Of a stretch of DNA of 64,000 nucleotides, positions 11,126-21,229 are shown in pieces; position 1 is the stretch's first letter; each line of letters begins with the position of its first letter. The stretch is from Desulfurococcales archaeon (lineage in GTDB: Archaea > Thermoproteota > Thermoprotei_A > Sulfolobales > NBVN01), in assembly GCA_023255965.1 (NCBI GenBank), contig JAGDWE010000055.1, positions 155 to 64,154 on the forward strand, written 5' to 3'. The position numbers were made by a program, and so were the translations under genes. The notes under the pieces were generated by a model. It worked only from the letters and a program-made list of their open reading frames with translations, made no database searches and was not told the DNA's origin.

Positions 11126-12294
11126 TATGTGATTCTACCTCTTATTACCTCAATAACTGAGTCTATCAGGTTGATTACCTCATTACCTAATTTCTCCACA
11201 TCCTTATTACCACTCTCTAATATTAATCCAATAACCCTCTCCTTAGTTACTTCTAAATCCCTGTAAATTTCCCTAAACCTCATCTCGACAAACCGTGACT
11301 CAACATTACGTAGTGAGGCGACGTAATTAAGTATCTCCTTGATATTTGCCTTAATTTCATTAAGTTCTCGTATATACTTATATGGGGTTTTAAGTTCTTC
11401 AGAAAGTATGGTATTCGCCTTATCTAGCTCTTCCTGATCCCTAGCCACGACATACTTAATCACCATCAAGTCCTCCTCAAATGCCGTACTCCTCCCGTTA
11501 AGTACCGAATTAGCTGCTATTACCTTTAATACCTTACCCTTCCTTCTATCAGTAATGTGGATACCCCTGCTCTCAAAGACGGCTAATAACTTAACTAACT
11601 TGCTCTTAATTCCATCTAAATCAACGCTCAACACCATTTTATGCAATCCCTCCAACTCCTTCATGCTTAATACCTTATCCTCAGCCCTAGGTATATAGCC
11701 GGATTTCTCGATAGTCCATACCTTATCAAGTAATTCCCTCCATAAGTCCTCACTAATAGGTCTAACGAAATGCCTTATAGTAAATCTATCGTAGAACGCC
11801 TCTAACTCAGGCTCGTCTGGGACCTCATTACTAGCCCCGAATAGACTCCAAAGAGGTACCTTAACCTCATTATATCCATCATATAATATCCTTTCTTGAA
11901 GCAAAGTATTTAAAGCGTTTAATATAGCTGAATTAGCCTTAAATATTTCGTCGAGGAATGCTATATCAGCCTCAGGCAGCTTCCCACTACTTATCCTTAC
12001 ATACTTACCCTCCTGTAATGCCTTAACATCTAAAGGACCAAAAAGCTCGGCTGGCTCTGTAAAACGTGTTAGCAAGTACTTAAAAAACCTAGCATTAAGT
12101 AATTCAGCCGCCCTACGGACTAAAGCTGATTTGGCGGTTCCCGGCTCACCAATGAATACGCAATGCTCTCTAGAAAGTAAGGTCAGTACAACAACCTTAA
12201 CCTCCTCATCACGGCCTACAAAGGGCTCCTTAAGCCTATCAACAAATAACATCAGCGAATTAACTAAATTACTTGACATTCTACCTCCAAACAC
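11125..12294 (-). CDS. MoxR-like AAA+ ATPase
   Basis: Walker A GEPGTAKS, Walker B FLDEIF, and MoxR/RavA-like length and layout. Confidence 0.88.
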   Translation of the reverse strand: MFGGRMSSNLVNSLMLFVDRLKEPFVGRDEEVKVVVLTLLSREHCVFIGEPGTAKSALVRRAAELLNARFFKYLLTRFTEPAELFGPLDVKALQEGKYVRISSGKLPEADIAFLDEIFKANSAILNALNTLLQERILYDGYNEVKVPLWSLFGASNEVPDEPELEAFYDRFTIRHFVRPISEDLWRELLDKVWTIEKSGYIPRAEDKVLSMKELEGLHKMVLSVDLDGIKSKLVKLLAVFESRGIHITDRRKGKVLKVIAANSVLNGRSTAFEEDLMVIKYVVARDQEELDKANTILSEELKTPYKYIRELNEIKANIKEILNYVASLRNVESRFVEMRFREIYRDLEVTKERVIGLILESGNKDVEKLGNEVINLIDSVIEVIRGRIT

Positions 12295-12373
12295 CTATTA
12301 TCATTACTTTAGCGAACCTTAAAAACTTAGTATGATTTTAAAAATTAAAAATACCTCTGCATATCAGTAAGTG

Positions 12374-12450
12374 GGGGCCGTAGTTTAGCTTGGTAGAATG
12401 CGGGGCTTGGGCCCCCGTGGTCCGGGGTTCAAATCCCCGCGGCCCCACCA
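12374..12450 (+). tRNA. tRNA-Pro (anticodon TGG), CCA encoded, no intron
   Basis: Full cloverleaf drawn by hand: acceptor GGGGCCG/CGGCCCC, anticodon arm CGGGG-CTTGGGC-CCCCG, T arm CGGGG-TTCAAAT-CCCCG, discriminator A plus CCA; 77 nt. Confidence 0.95.
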
Positions 12451-13015
12451 CTTAAAATCCCCTGAAGCTACTAACCCAGGTAGTGTTTATCTCTAATTGA
12501 TATTATTCTGGTCACATCCCTAAGCACTATTTCTGCTCATGGATATAGTGTTATGATGCATATTCATGATATTATGGAGCCATCCACTTGGGGCTCCATT
12601 CCACCTAAATCGGCTGTGTTCAAAAGACCTAAAGTCATAGAATTGTGCCTAAGTTTTGAAGGCTTATAAGTATTTAGGTGATCTTTGAAGGAATATGATG
12701 AGATAGCGCTAAGAAGTACTTAGAATACTTCACATTTATTACCTTCCCCATTCTTGGTGATGAGTCCAATGTTAGTGAGCCTCATGGCTTGTCTCAAGCA
12801 ATGCTATGTAAGCACGTACAACTATACTATAGCCTAGCCCATGGTCCCGAGCCCTTAAGGGTAGGGGGTAACGTGCCTAAGACCAGATGCAGGCTAGACC
12901 TTAACGAGGAGACAAAAGGATGAGGTCTTACACGTATGTGGCATTAGAAACCTTCATGTCTGGAGCTGTTGCACGTCCTTAATTTATTAATTCTTTAATT
13001 TAATTCATTTTAGGG

Positions 13016-13753
13016 TTGGCACTAATGGTTAAGGAGTATCTAAGGGAGGCTATAGCTAAGAGGATTGCTGGTGATATTGTATGGAGCGATAATTACGGTA
13101 GTGCGTTAAGGAAGTGGAGGAATGTCTTCAATGCTTCGCAGGCTGAGGTTGCTAGAGTTATGGGTATATCCGCAAGTGTTATTAGTGATTATGAGAAGGG
13201 TCGTAGGACGCCTGGAGCTAATTTTATTAAAAAGTTTGTTGATGCCCTCATTGTTATCGATGGTGAAAGGGGGTGGTCTGTTGTTAAGGAGTTAGCTAAG
13301 AGTTTGAATATCTATAGTAATGCTTTGGTCGATGTTAAGGAATTAAGTAGCCCTATGAGGCTTGACGAGTTAGTTAGTGTTGTTGAGGGTGTTATAGTTA
13401 ATTCTTATGCCTCATGCGACTTCATATATGGATATACGGTCATCGATAGCCTGGAGGCTATTGAGGACTTGAGCGGTAATGAGTTCTGGCAGATAATGGG
13501 AGTAAATACTAGGAGGGCATTAATATTTAGTAGGGTGACTACAGGTAGGTCACCGTTAATTGCTATTAGGGTTGCACCAGTGAAGCCGGCTGTTGTAGTT
13601 CTGCATGGACCGACAAATGTAGATCCACTTGCAATTAGGTTGGCTGATAGGGAGGGACTTCCGTTAATACTCTCACTGGCTCAAGACCTGAAGACCTTGG
13701 TCAGCAAGCTAAGGGCGTGGGAGTCATTTCGGCTTTCTGCTTTCAATGATTAA
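13016..13753 (+). CDS. XRE-type HTH domain transcriptional regulator (conserved archaeal)
   Basis: N-terminal HTH_3 pattern LRKWRNVFNASQAEVARVMGISASVISDYEKGRRTP, followed by a C-terminal domain of unknown function. Confidence 0.75.
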   Translation: MALMVKEYLREAIAKRIAGDIVWSDNYGSALRKWRNVFNASQAEVARVMGISASVISDYEKGRRTPGANFIKKFVDALIVIDGERGWSVVKELAKSLNIYSNALVDVKELSSPMRLDELVSVVEGVIVNSYASCDFIYGYTVIDSLEAIEDLSGNEFWQIMGVNTRRALIFSRVTTGRSPLIAIRVAPVKPAVVVLHGPTNVDPLAIRLADREGLPLILSLAQDLKTLVSKLRAWESFRLSAFND

Positions 13754-14089
13754 CAGCGCCTTAGCTATATCGCCACCTGCCTCCCTCAACGCGTTAATAG
13801 CCTCCAACCTATCTACACCCCCCTGCTCCATAACGAACCTAATATCATCCTCATTAAATGCCTCAGAACCCGTAGTACTCGCCTCCTTACTGACCACCTT
13901 CTCGTTGCTGCCAATTACCTGATATACTTTCTGACCCCCTGATACAAATACAACCACCTGAGGGTCCTCAATCGTTATCCTTGAATCCTTAGTTTCTATG
14001 ACGACTGATACAACATCCCCTAACTCCTTAACATCTATGCCTAACTTCTTAAGCGTTCTCCTAATTTCCCTAGGATTTAATGGAATCAT
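13724..14089 (-). CDS. nac: Nascent polypeptide-associated complex protein (NAC alpha homologue)
   Basis: NAC domain (GDVVSVVIETKD...VYQVIG) and C-terminal UBA domain (DIRFVMEQGGVDRLEAINALREAGGDIAKALL). Confidence 0.88.
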   Translation of the reverse strand: MIPLNPREIRRTLKKLGIDVKELGDVVSVVIETKDSRITIEDPQVVVFVSGGQKVYQVIGSNEKVVSKEASTTGSEAFNEDDIRFVMEQGGVDRLEAINALREAGGDIAKALLIIESRKPK

Positions 14090-14149
14090 TTAAACACCGT
14101 ATACTTATAAGTGAAGAAAGATATAAGTTGTAAAGAAGGTATCACTTAG

Positions 14150-15424
14150 ATGGCTAACATCGAGCTGAGGGTATTAGGCGGCGGCCACGAGGTCGGTAGG
14201 TCAGCTATCGCGTTAGGAGTTAGTGGTAGGTATTTACTCCTTGATTACGGAGTTAACTTTAATGAAGAAGACATCCCACAATTTCCACTACATATAAGAC
14301 CGTCATTAATTGATGGAGTGGTATTGACTCATGCTCATTTAGACCATATAGGTGCTGCGCCGTTGATATATTCATCTATGAAGGTCCCCACAATCACAAG
14401 CAAATTAACTAAGACATTAATTAGAATTATGATCGAGGATTTCCTAAGGATTTCAGGTTATTACATTCCATATGAAGTTAACGAACTGGACTTACTCCTA
14501 GAGAACACTATCGACCTAGACCTAGGGAATAGCATTGATTTAGGTAACTACAGGATTACGTTGCTTAACGCTGGACATATTCCAGGTAGTTCTATGGCAT
14601 TGGTAGAAACTGATGCATGTAGCATTCTATATACTGGCGATATAAATAGTATTGAAACAAAGTTGGTTAAACCGGTTGATAAGAACGTGAGGGCTGACGT
14701 AGTTATCATTGAGGCTACGTACGGGAATACTCTCCATCCGCCTAGAGATTACGTTGAGAGGGAATTCATCAACTCCATAAAGGAGGTCATTGAGTCCGGG
14801 GGTAACGTATTAATACCGGTATTCAGCTTGGGTAGGGCACAGGAAGTATTGAGCGTAATCTACCAATACATGCCATATTCTAACGTATACTACGACGGCA
14901 TGGTTAGACAAATAAGCGGGATCCTAGTTAGTTACCCAGAATACATAAATATGTATGGATTGCTGGTTAAGGCTGTTAACACATTTAACATGGTTAGATC
15001 TTCGGGTGAAAGGCGAAGAATATTAAAAGAACGTGGAGTAATAATAGTTGCATCAGCTGGAATGCTGAAAGGCGGCCCAGCGCAATACTACGCTAAGCAC
15101 TTATCGAGTGATTCGAGAAATGGTATATTCCTAGTAAGTTATCAGGCTAAAGGAACCCCAGGTAGGAGGCTACTCGAATACGGTGTATTAAATGACGACA
15201 ACAAGCATGTTAAGGCTAAGGTTTTATGGTTTGATTTCTCAAGCCATGCAGACTACAAAGGCTTGATAGATTTAATAACGAACATTAATAATTTACATGA
15301 TATCGTTGTAGTCCATACTAATGAAGACGTAGGTAGTGAATTCGTAGGTAGGTTAAGGGAATTAAATGGTGGATGGAGAGTTCATTACCCCGGTAACGGT
15401 GAATCCATCAACATAACTATATAG
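14150..15424 (+). CDS. beta-CASP family metallo-beta-lactamase RNase (aCPSF2-like, no KH domains)
   Basis: MBL motif THAHLDHIG, followed by a beta-CASP region and a C-terminal His motif (FSSHAD); 424 aa. Confidence 0.8.
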   Translation: MANIELRVLGGGHEVGRSAIALGVSGRYLLLDYGVNFNEEDIPQFPLHIRPSLIDGVVLTHAHLDHIGAAPLIYSSMKVPTITSKLTKTLIRIMIEDFLRISGYYIPYEVNELDLLLENTIDLDLGNSIDLGNYRITLLNAGHIPGSSMALVETDACSILYTGDINSIETKLVKPVDKNVRADVVIIEATYGNTLHPPRDYVEREFINSIKEVIESGGNVLIPVFSLGRAQEVLSVIYQYMPYSNVYYDGMVRQISGILVSYPEYINMYGLLVKAVNTFNMVRSSGERRRILKERGVIIVASAGMLKGGPAQYYAKHLSSDSRNGIFLVSYQAKGTPGRRLLEYGVLNDDNKHVKAKVLWFDFSSHADYKGLIDLITNINNLHDIVVVHTNEDVGSEFVGRLRELNGGWRVHYPGNGESINITI

Positions 15425-16061
15425 CTTTAACGCGTCTTAAGTACCTATTATTAATCAATTCATGTTCGAGAGTTGTTGAGGGTCCGTGGCCTGGATATAT
15501 AACGTAATCCCTGTCTAACTCCAGTACTAACCTCCTTAAGCTACGCTTTAGCTCATCCCATGAGCCTCCAGGGAGATCGGTTCTCCCCACACTCTCCTTG
15601 AATATCGTATCCCCAGTAAATGCTACCTTAAGCGATGGAATAAATAGGGTTACTGATCCTGGGGTATGCCCAGGAGTGTGCATTACCCTAAGTAAGGTAT
15701 CTCCAAGCACTAACTCACGAATACCATTAAGGTCCCCATCAGGCATTACCTCCTTTAAATCAACATTAATATTCCACATCAATGCCCACTCTAAGCTTTC
15801 ATTAAGCACTTCATGGTCAGCTCCGTGCAGCAAGAACGGGGCTTTAATTACCTTCCTTAACTTCCTAACGCCGATAACGTGGTCTACATGTCCGTGGGTG
15901 GCTATTATATATTTCAGCTTCAAATCCTTAGCAACGTTGTTAATGTAATCTATGGCCTCATCACCGCCAGGATCTATAATTAAGGCTTCTAAGGAAGCCT
16001 CATCATAGATAACGTACATGTTAGTATTTAAAGGTCCTACAACGTACGTAAGTACTTTCAT
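15417..16061 (-). CDS. MBL-fold hydrolase (glyoxalase II-like)
   Basis: THGHVDH motif and downstream HTPGHTPG; 214 aa. Confidence 0.8.
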   Translation of the reverse strand: MKVLTYVVGPLNTNMYVIYDEASLEALIIDPGGDEAIDYINNVAKDLKLKYIIATHGHVDHVIGVRKLRKVIKAPFLLHGADHEVLNESLEWALMWNINVDLKEVMPDGDLNGIRELVLGDTLLRVMHTPGHTPGSVTLFIPSLKVAFTGDTIFKESVGRTDLPGGSWDELKRSLRRLVLELDRDYVIYPGHGPSTTLEHELINNRYLRRVKAI

Positions 16062-16114
16062 ACCTCATCAACTTTGAATTAGCTTACGGGTTATATAAGT
16101 TATTAAAACTTATA

Positions 16115-17356
16115 ATGACCCCTTACCTTAAGGTCTTAGAGCTGATGATTATGAGTAGGGGATTGGTGATACTGATATGCGCTGTAGCTAATATGATGAT
16201 CATAAGTGTATACCAGTACTCATGGTCTCTTTACGCCTACGCATTAATTAGGGAACTAGGTTGGAGCCCTATTGAGACATCGCTAGCTTTCACAATATAC
16301 GTATATCTCTCAACATTCATTCAACCACTTTCAGGCTACCTAGCAGATACTTACGGACCCAGAAGGTTATCCACGATCTCATCAATAATAGTCGGCCTAG
16401 GTTTCATGCTTTCATCTATAGCAAGAAGTCCCACAGAGCTCTACCTGACATTTGGCTTAGGCTCATTAGGTGTCGGCATATTATACGGTATATCTACGGC
16501 ATCGGCCGTTAAATGGTTCCCCAACCGTAGAGGTTTAGCAACAGGTGTAGTTACATTCGGCTTTGGTGCTGGTGCTTCGGTATTTAATCTACCAATTCAA
16601 TACATCATCAATGAATTCGGACTTAAGCCGGCATTTACTTATGTTGGAGCATTTATGATGTTGGCCTTAGTACCTACATCGTACCTCATAACGTATCCTA
16701 AGCAACCGCTGAGTGGGGGTAGCGGTAGTAAAAGCAATAATGTTGGGGGTGCATATCAATTTAAACCTATTGAGATGTTGAGGACGTGGCAATGGTATGT
16801 GATTTACGTAACATTCATAGCGACGCCAACAACCGCCTTAATGTTTGGTGCTCAATTAAAGCTTATGGCCACAGAATTCAACATACCGGCGAGCTACCTA
16901 AATTTAATGCTGGTTTTATTCCCATTAGCTAATGGACTAAGTAGGGTTATTGCCGGCTTTGTATCAGATAGGATTGGCAGGGAGAGAACCATGGTGCTCT
17001 TCTATTCATCCCTCGGATCAATACTACTAGGTCTTGCGTATCTATGTAGCGTACCGGAGGCCTTTACGTTATTAGCGATTATGGCGTCGTTACTTAGTGG
17101 AGCTCCATATACTTTCTACCCATCAATCATCGGCGACTACTACGGTACTAAGTATGCTACGGCCAATTACGGTATAACATATACCGCTAAAGCATGGTCT
17201 GGGCTAATCGCTGGGTGGATTACTGGGTACATAGTTGCTACCTATGGTACGTATAAGGTAGCACTTATAGTAACAGCTATTATCACATTAATTGCAGCGC
17301 TTCTCTCATCACCACTAATTCTAAGACCTCCTAGGAGAATTAATATTAAAGAATGA
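16115..17356 (+). CDS. Major facilitator superfamily transporter (oxalate/formate antiporter-like)
   Basis: About 12 predicted hydrophobic helices and MFS loop motifs (GYLADTYGPRR, SDRIGRER). Confidence 0.8.
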   Translation: MTPYLKVLELMIMSRGLVILICAVANMMIISVYQYSWSLYAYALIRELGWSPIETSLAFTIYVYLSTFIQPLSGYLADTYGPRRLSTISSIIVGLGFMLSSIARSPTELYLTFGLGSLGVGILYGISTASAVKWFPNRRGLATGVVTFGFGAGASVFNLPIQYIINEFGLKPAFTYVGAFMMLALVPTSYLITYPKQPLSGGSGSKSNNVGGAYQFKPIEMLRTWQWYVIYVTFIATPTTALMFGAQLKLMATEFNIPASYLNLMLVLFPLANGLSRVIAGFVSDRIGRERTMVLFYSSLGSILLGLAYLCSVPEAFTLLAIMASLLSGAPYTFYPSIIGDYYGTKYATANYGITYTAKAWSGLIAGWITGYIVATYGTYKVALIVTAIITLIAALLSSPLILRPPRRINIKE

Positions 17357-17426
17357 CGGATATATTGCTCCCTGCTTTAGTTAAACCTTAAATTAATTAA
17401 ATTTATTTAATTAAATAGGTGTTTAT

Positions 17427-18476
17427 ATGGGCAAGCCCTTAATTAATGTTTTAATAAATGGCTACGGAGTTATTGGAAAGAGGGTTGCAGACGCCATCGT
17501 AAGGCAACCCGATATGAGGTTAGTCGGCATTTCGGACGTCGTGGCTGATTGGAGAATTAAGATGGCGTTAATGAAGGGGTATAAAGTCTACGCATCTGTG
17601 GTTGACAAAGTTGATGAAATGAAGAAGAGCGGAGTGGAGGTGGAGGGTACGCTAGATGACTTACTAAGGAGCGGAGGAGTAGATGTAGTGGTTGACTGCA
17701 CTCCAGCTAAGGTCGGTGCTAAGAATAAGGGGGTATATGAGAAGTACGGAGTTAAGGCGGTGTTTCAGGGGGGTGAAAGACACGAAGTAGCTGGTACATC
17801 ATTCGTTGCTCAAAGGAACTATGAGGAGGCCCTAGGTAAGCAGTTCGTTAGGGTTGTTAGCTGTAATACCACAGCCATATGTAGGGTCCTCGGCGGCATT
17901 CATGAGAGATTAGGTATTAAGAAAGCTAGGGTATGCATTATTAGGAGGGCTGTTGATGTGTGGGAATCAGGCCATACAGGTATAATAAATACCGTCGTCC
18001 CCGAACTGCACGTTCCATCACATCACGGACCTGACGCCCAGACAGTCATCCACGACTTAAACATAGTGACTATGGCTGCCAAGGGTAGCCATAACCTATA
18101 CCATCTACATATGGCTATGGCTGAGTTAAGGACGAAGGCCAGTAAGGATGACGTGATTAAGGTACTTGAAGAGGAACCTAGGGTGATATTCATAAATGGC
18201 TCAGACGGGGTTGAAGGCCTTAATTCGGTGTTCGAGATTGCTAGGGATTTAGGCAGGCCTAGAGGTGATCTATATGAGGTCCCTATATGGATTGATAGTA
18301 TATCAGTATCTAACGATGGTTATGAGATCTACTTAATGTGGGCTACGCCCAACGAATCAAACGTAATCCCTGAAAACATAGATGCTATTAGAGCTATTAC
18401 TGAAACGGAAACAATTCGTAGCGCGTCCATCGAGAAAACCGATAGAAGCTTAGGGGTAATTAAGAAACTATATTAA
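17427..18476 (+). CDS. gap: Glyceraldehyde-3-phosphate dehydrogenase, archaeal type II
   Basis: N-terminal NGYGVIGKRVADA Rossmann motif and catalytic SCNTT motif; 349 aa. Confidence 0.92.
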   Translation: MGKPLINVLINGYGVIGKRVADAIVRQPDMRLVGISDVVADWRIKMALMKGYKVYASVVDKVDEMKKSGVEVEGTLDDLLRSGGVDVVVDCTPAKVGAKNKGVYEKYGVKAVFQGGERHEVAGTSFVAQRNYEEALGKQFVRVVSCNTTAICRVLGGIHERLGIKKARVCIIRRAVDVWESGHTGIINTVVPELHVPSHHGPDAQTVIHDLNIVTMAAKGSHNLYHLHMAMAELRTKASKDDVIKVLEEEPRVIFINGSDGVEGLNSVFEIARDLGRPRGDLYEVPIWIDSISVSNDGYEIYLMWATPNESNVIPENIDAIRAITETETIRSASIEKTDRSLGVIKKLY

Positions 18477-19712
18477 ATCTTTAGGAATGATGGATGAAGC
18501 GTAGGGAAGAACTAAAACATCGCCTCCTCTAACCACCTGATTAACGTATTTCATGGCATCCCCTAAGTTTTTGAATACCTTAAATATCTTGGACTCCCTA
18601 ATATTATGAGATACCACTACCACCTCCGCATTAACAGCAATCCTAGAAATAGCGTACACTTTATGGTACCCTAAGTCGAAATTCCCCTTCACGAAATTAA
18701 TTATTTCTTCGGGCCCCATCCCTGAATACAGCAACTCCTCGGTCTTAGAATCACCAACACCTTCATCGCATTCAGCAACTAAGACTATCACGCCGCCCTT
18801 ATTAACACACCTATAAGCTACCTCTAAGGCCTTATGGGCTTGATATAGGTTGATGTCCTTAGGATAACCGCCTGGAGAGGCTATAACAACATCATACTTC
18901 CTGCCCACTTCCACTCCGTAGATCTTATTAAATATTCTAACGCCTTCCCTATGTGCCTTAATGAAGTGCCCGGCAACGGAGCCTACTATCTCCTTCCTCT
19001 CATTTAAAACTACATTGACTATATATTCGAGGCCTAAGATGCTCGCTGCCTCCTCTATATCCTCCCTTACTGGATTACCATCTAACTTAGCTAGCTCGGC
19101 ACCAGGTAACAACATCATTCTATGATTTTCCTTGATGCTGTCATATGCAGCCACCCCTGGTAAGACGCTCTTACCTCCACCACTGTATCCCGCAAAGTAA
19201 TGCGGATCGATATTAGCTACGCCTATCCTTAAGTCAGCATTAACTACAGTCGAATTGATCAGTACTGGGGTACCTCTTGAGGTCTTACCTAAGTATTCAA
19301 CAAAATTACTCCAGCAGTTGTGATCAAATACCTTAAACCCCTTAACTATATCTACACCTAGGAGCTTAATCCATTCATCACGTGTGTGTGGTCTGTGAAT
19401 GCCTGTAGCGAAGACTATGGATATATTATCGTTTTTAACGCCGGATTTAACTAATTCATTGATTATTAATGGAACCACCTTATATGAGGGCAGCGGCCTA
19501 GTTATATCACTAACTAATAGACAGACTCTATGGTGCGGATCAACTAGCTCACGCAATTTAGGTGCTCCTATCGGATTCTCTAAAGAGTTCTTTATAATAC
19601 CTAATTCGTCCTTAGGGATCACCTCACGCCTAGGAAGTATGACTGTAGCATTACTTAACTCCAAAGACAGGTAATTAGATCCGTAGGGAATTAAGACGTT
19701 AATTCCTAACAC
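18468..19712 (-). CDS. LarA-like (DUF2088) nickel-pincer-dependent 2-hydroxyacid racemase/epimerase family protein
   Basis: 414 aa. ATGIHRPH, HYFAGYSGGGKS and a later His-containing block resemble the lactate racemase family. Family call is from memory of the motifs. Confidence 0.68.
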   Translation of the reverse strand: MLGINVLIPYGSNYLSLELSNATVILPRREVIPKDELGIIKNSLENPIGAPKLRELVDPHHRVCLLVSDITRPLPSYKVVPLIINELVKSGVKNDNISIVFATGIHRPHTRDEWIKLLGVDIVKGFKVFDHNCWSNFVEYLGKTSRGTPVLINSTVVNADLRIGVANIDPHYFAGYSGGGKSVLPGVAAYDSIKENHRMMLLPGAELAKLDGNPVREDIEEAASILGLEYIVNVVLNERKEIVGSVAGHFIKAHREGVRIFNKIYGVEVGRKYDVVIASPGGYPKDINLYQAHKALEVAYRCVNKGGVIVLVAECDEGVGDSKTEELLYSGMGPEEIINFVKGNFDLGYHKVYAISRIAVNAEVVVVSHNIRESKIFKVFKNLGDAMKYVNQVVRGGDVLVLPYASSIIPKDLI

Positions 19713-19768
19713 CAGAATATTAAACTTAAATCTAGTTTATTAAAAGTAAATTAAAAATAAAATTAAGT

Positions 19769-20950
19769 TTAAGGCATATATCCCTTATCCTTATAGTACT
19801 TAGCTGCTCCTGGATGAAGCTCCCACAGGCCTCCTAACTGCCACGCTTTACTTGGGTCGAATTCCTCGAAGTACTTAGCTGCCGCCGCTATGTACGACTT
19901 GTTCTCATCCAACAACCTAGCAACCTGATATATGAAGTCCTCAGGCAGCCCAGCCCTGCATAGGAATACTGGGTAGTCGACTAATGATGGGTAGTCCTCC
20001 TTAACCCACCTATATGAGCCCTTAGGAATGTAGGCTAATTTAAATCCATATTTACTCGTCATATAGTCTATATCCTCCTTAGTTAGGTAGAATGGCTCTA
20101 AATTCATGGTTGTATCCGCCTCCACCATAGCGCTATACCCTATACCTCCAAACGCTATATACACATCTATCTTACCCTCCCTCATCATTTGAACTATGTC
20201 AGTATGCGATCCTAGGAATACTGTACCGCCTGCCTTCCTTATGTCGTCGTATGTTACTCCATACCTAGCTAATAGAACTCTGGTTGTGTATTCCTCTGCA
20301 GTGCCCCTTATGTTCGTGCCTATAGCTACCCTCATACCCCGCTTAACCATGTCAGCTAATTCATTAAAGTTGCTTGCTGGGAATCCAGGCCTCTTAACCG
20401 CGTGGAAGTACTGTGAGTACAGCCCCCCTGCAAGTAGCTTAACGTTACTGAAGTTAATTACCTCCCCCCAATAGTCCTTAGCAGCCGTAGGATCCTTAGC
20501 AACAGCTGACTGCCAAGCATAAGCCATAACTATGTCTGCCTCATCCTTAGATGTAGCCAATATGTTAGGCCCTGAACCGCCGGGCTGGACCGTGGCCCGA
20601 ACCTTCAACTGCTTACTAATTAGATCGCCTAAGCCAGCACCAATAGGATACCACGCACCGCCAATACCACCAACCTTAATAACGATCTCCTTAGGCCAGT
20701 ATGGTGGTGGCGTTGATGGTGGCGGCGTTATAGTACGTGTTGGAGTGGGTGTTAGGATGGCAGTTGGGGTCACAGTGATAGTAGTAGTTGTAGTTAATGT
20801 AACTGTAGTAGTTATCACTGAAGGAGCTACAGTAACGGTAGATGTAACCACCTTAGGCGGCGCGACAGCACTACCTGCGAAATAACCAACAACGCCGGCA
20901 ACTATGATTAAGACAACTAACACACCTAATAATGCGTTCTGTGTCACCAT
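19769..20950 (-). CDS. TAXI-family TRAP transporter solute-binding protein, membrane anchored
   Basis: N-terminal TM helix, Thr/Pro-rich linker (TTTTTITVTPTAILTPTPTRTITPPPSTPPP), then a TAXI-type core (GGIGGAWYPIGAGLGDLI). Confidence 0.8.
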   Translation of the reverse strand: MVTQNALLGVLVVLIIVAGVVGYFAGSAVAPPKVVTSTVTVAPSVITTTVTLTTTTTITVTPTAILTPTPTRTITPPPSTPPPYWPKEIVIKVGGIGGAWYPIGAGLGDLISKQLKVRATVQPGGSGPNILATSKDEADIVMAYAWQSAVAKDPTAAKDYWGEVINFSNVKLLAGGLYSQYFHAVKRPGFPASNFNELADMVKRGMRVAIGTNIRGTAEEYTTRVLLARYGVTYDDIRKAGGTVFLGSHTDIVQMMREGKIDVYIAFGGIGYSAMVEADTTMNLEPFYLTKEDIDYMTSKYGFKLAYIPKGSYRWVKEDYPSLVDYPVFLCRAGLPEDFIYQVARLLDENKSYIAAAAKYFEEFDPSKAWQLGGLWELHPGAAKYYKDKGYMP

Positions 20951-21127
20951 AAACTACACTGAAAAATCCTACTTACATCATTTTTAAATTTTTATGTCTG
21001 AAAAGTCCCTCATCATTGAGTTATGATTGGTGTTATAGTACATGACTTGATAGCGATCGACTTCATGGAATTAATGCTGGAGCAATATCCTGAATTAAAA
21101 TGTAGGTGAGGGTGTTTAAGCCCTTAA

Positions 21128-21189
21128 CTGACCTCCAAATGAATGGTGTAAAAACCAAATGGATGTGAGGCTTTACCATTCGGTGTTGG
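21128..21189. repeat. Inverted pair of degenerate hairpin-family copies
   Basis: CTGACCTCCAAATGAATGGTG (21128-21148) faces the reverse complement of GTGAGGCTTTACCATTCGGTGTTGG (21165-21189). Both carry the (A/C)(T/C)GAATGG core. Confidence 0.4.
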
Positions 21190-21229
21190 AATAGGGTCAT
21201 CGACCTCCTCCCGTCCTCTTGGTCATCAT
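21180..21229 (-). ncRNA. Weak C/D-box sRNA-like candidate
   Basis: The minus strand reads ATGATGA-N12-GAGG-N3-TCGATGA-N13-CCGA, 50 nt in all. Spacing fits archaeal C/D sRNAs and the C box is perfect, but both D-type boxes deviate from CUGA. Confidence 0.2.

Noticed and set aside
12374-13015. A possible integrated element at tRNA-Pro bounded by att direct repeats.
   Set aside because: I found no second copy of the tRNA 3' half downstream and no integrase-like ORF. It is kept only as a low-interest note.
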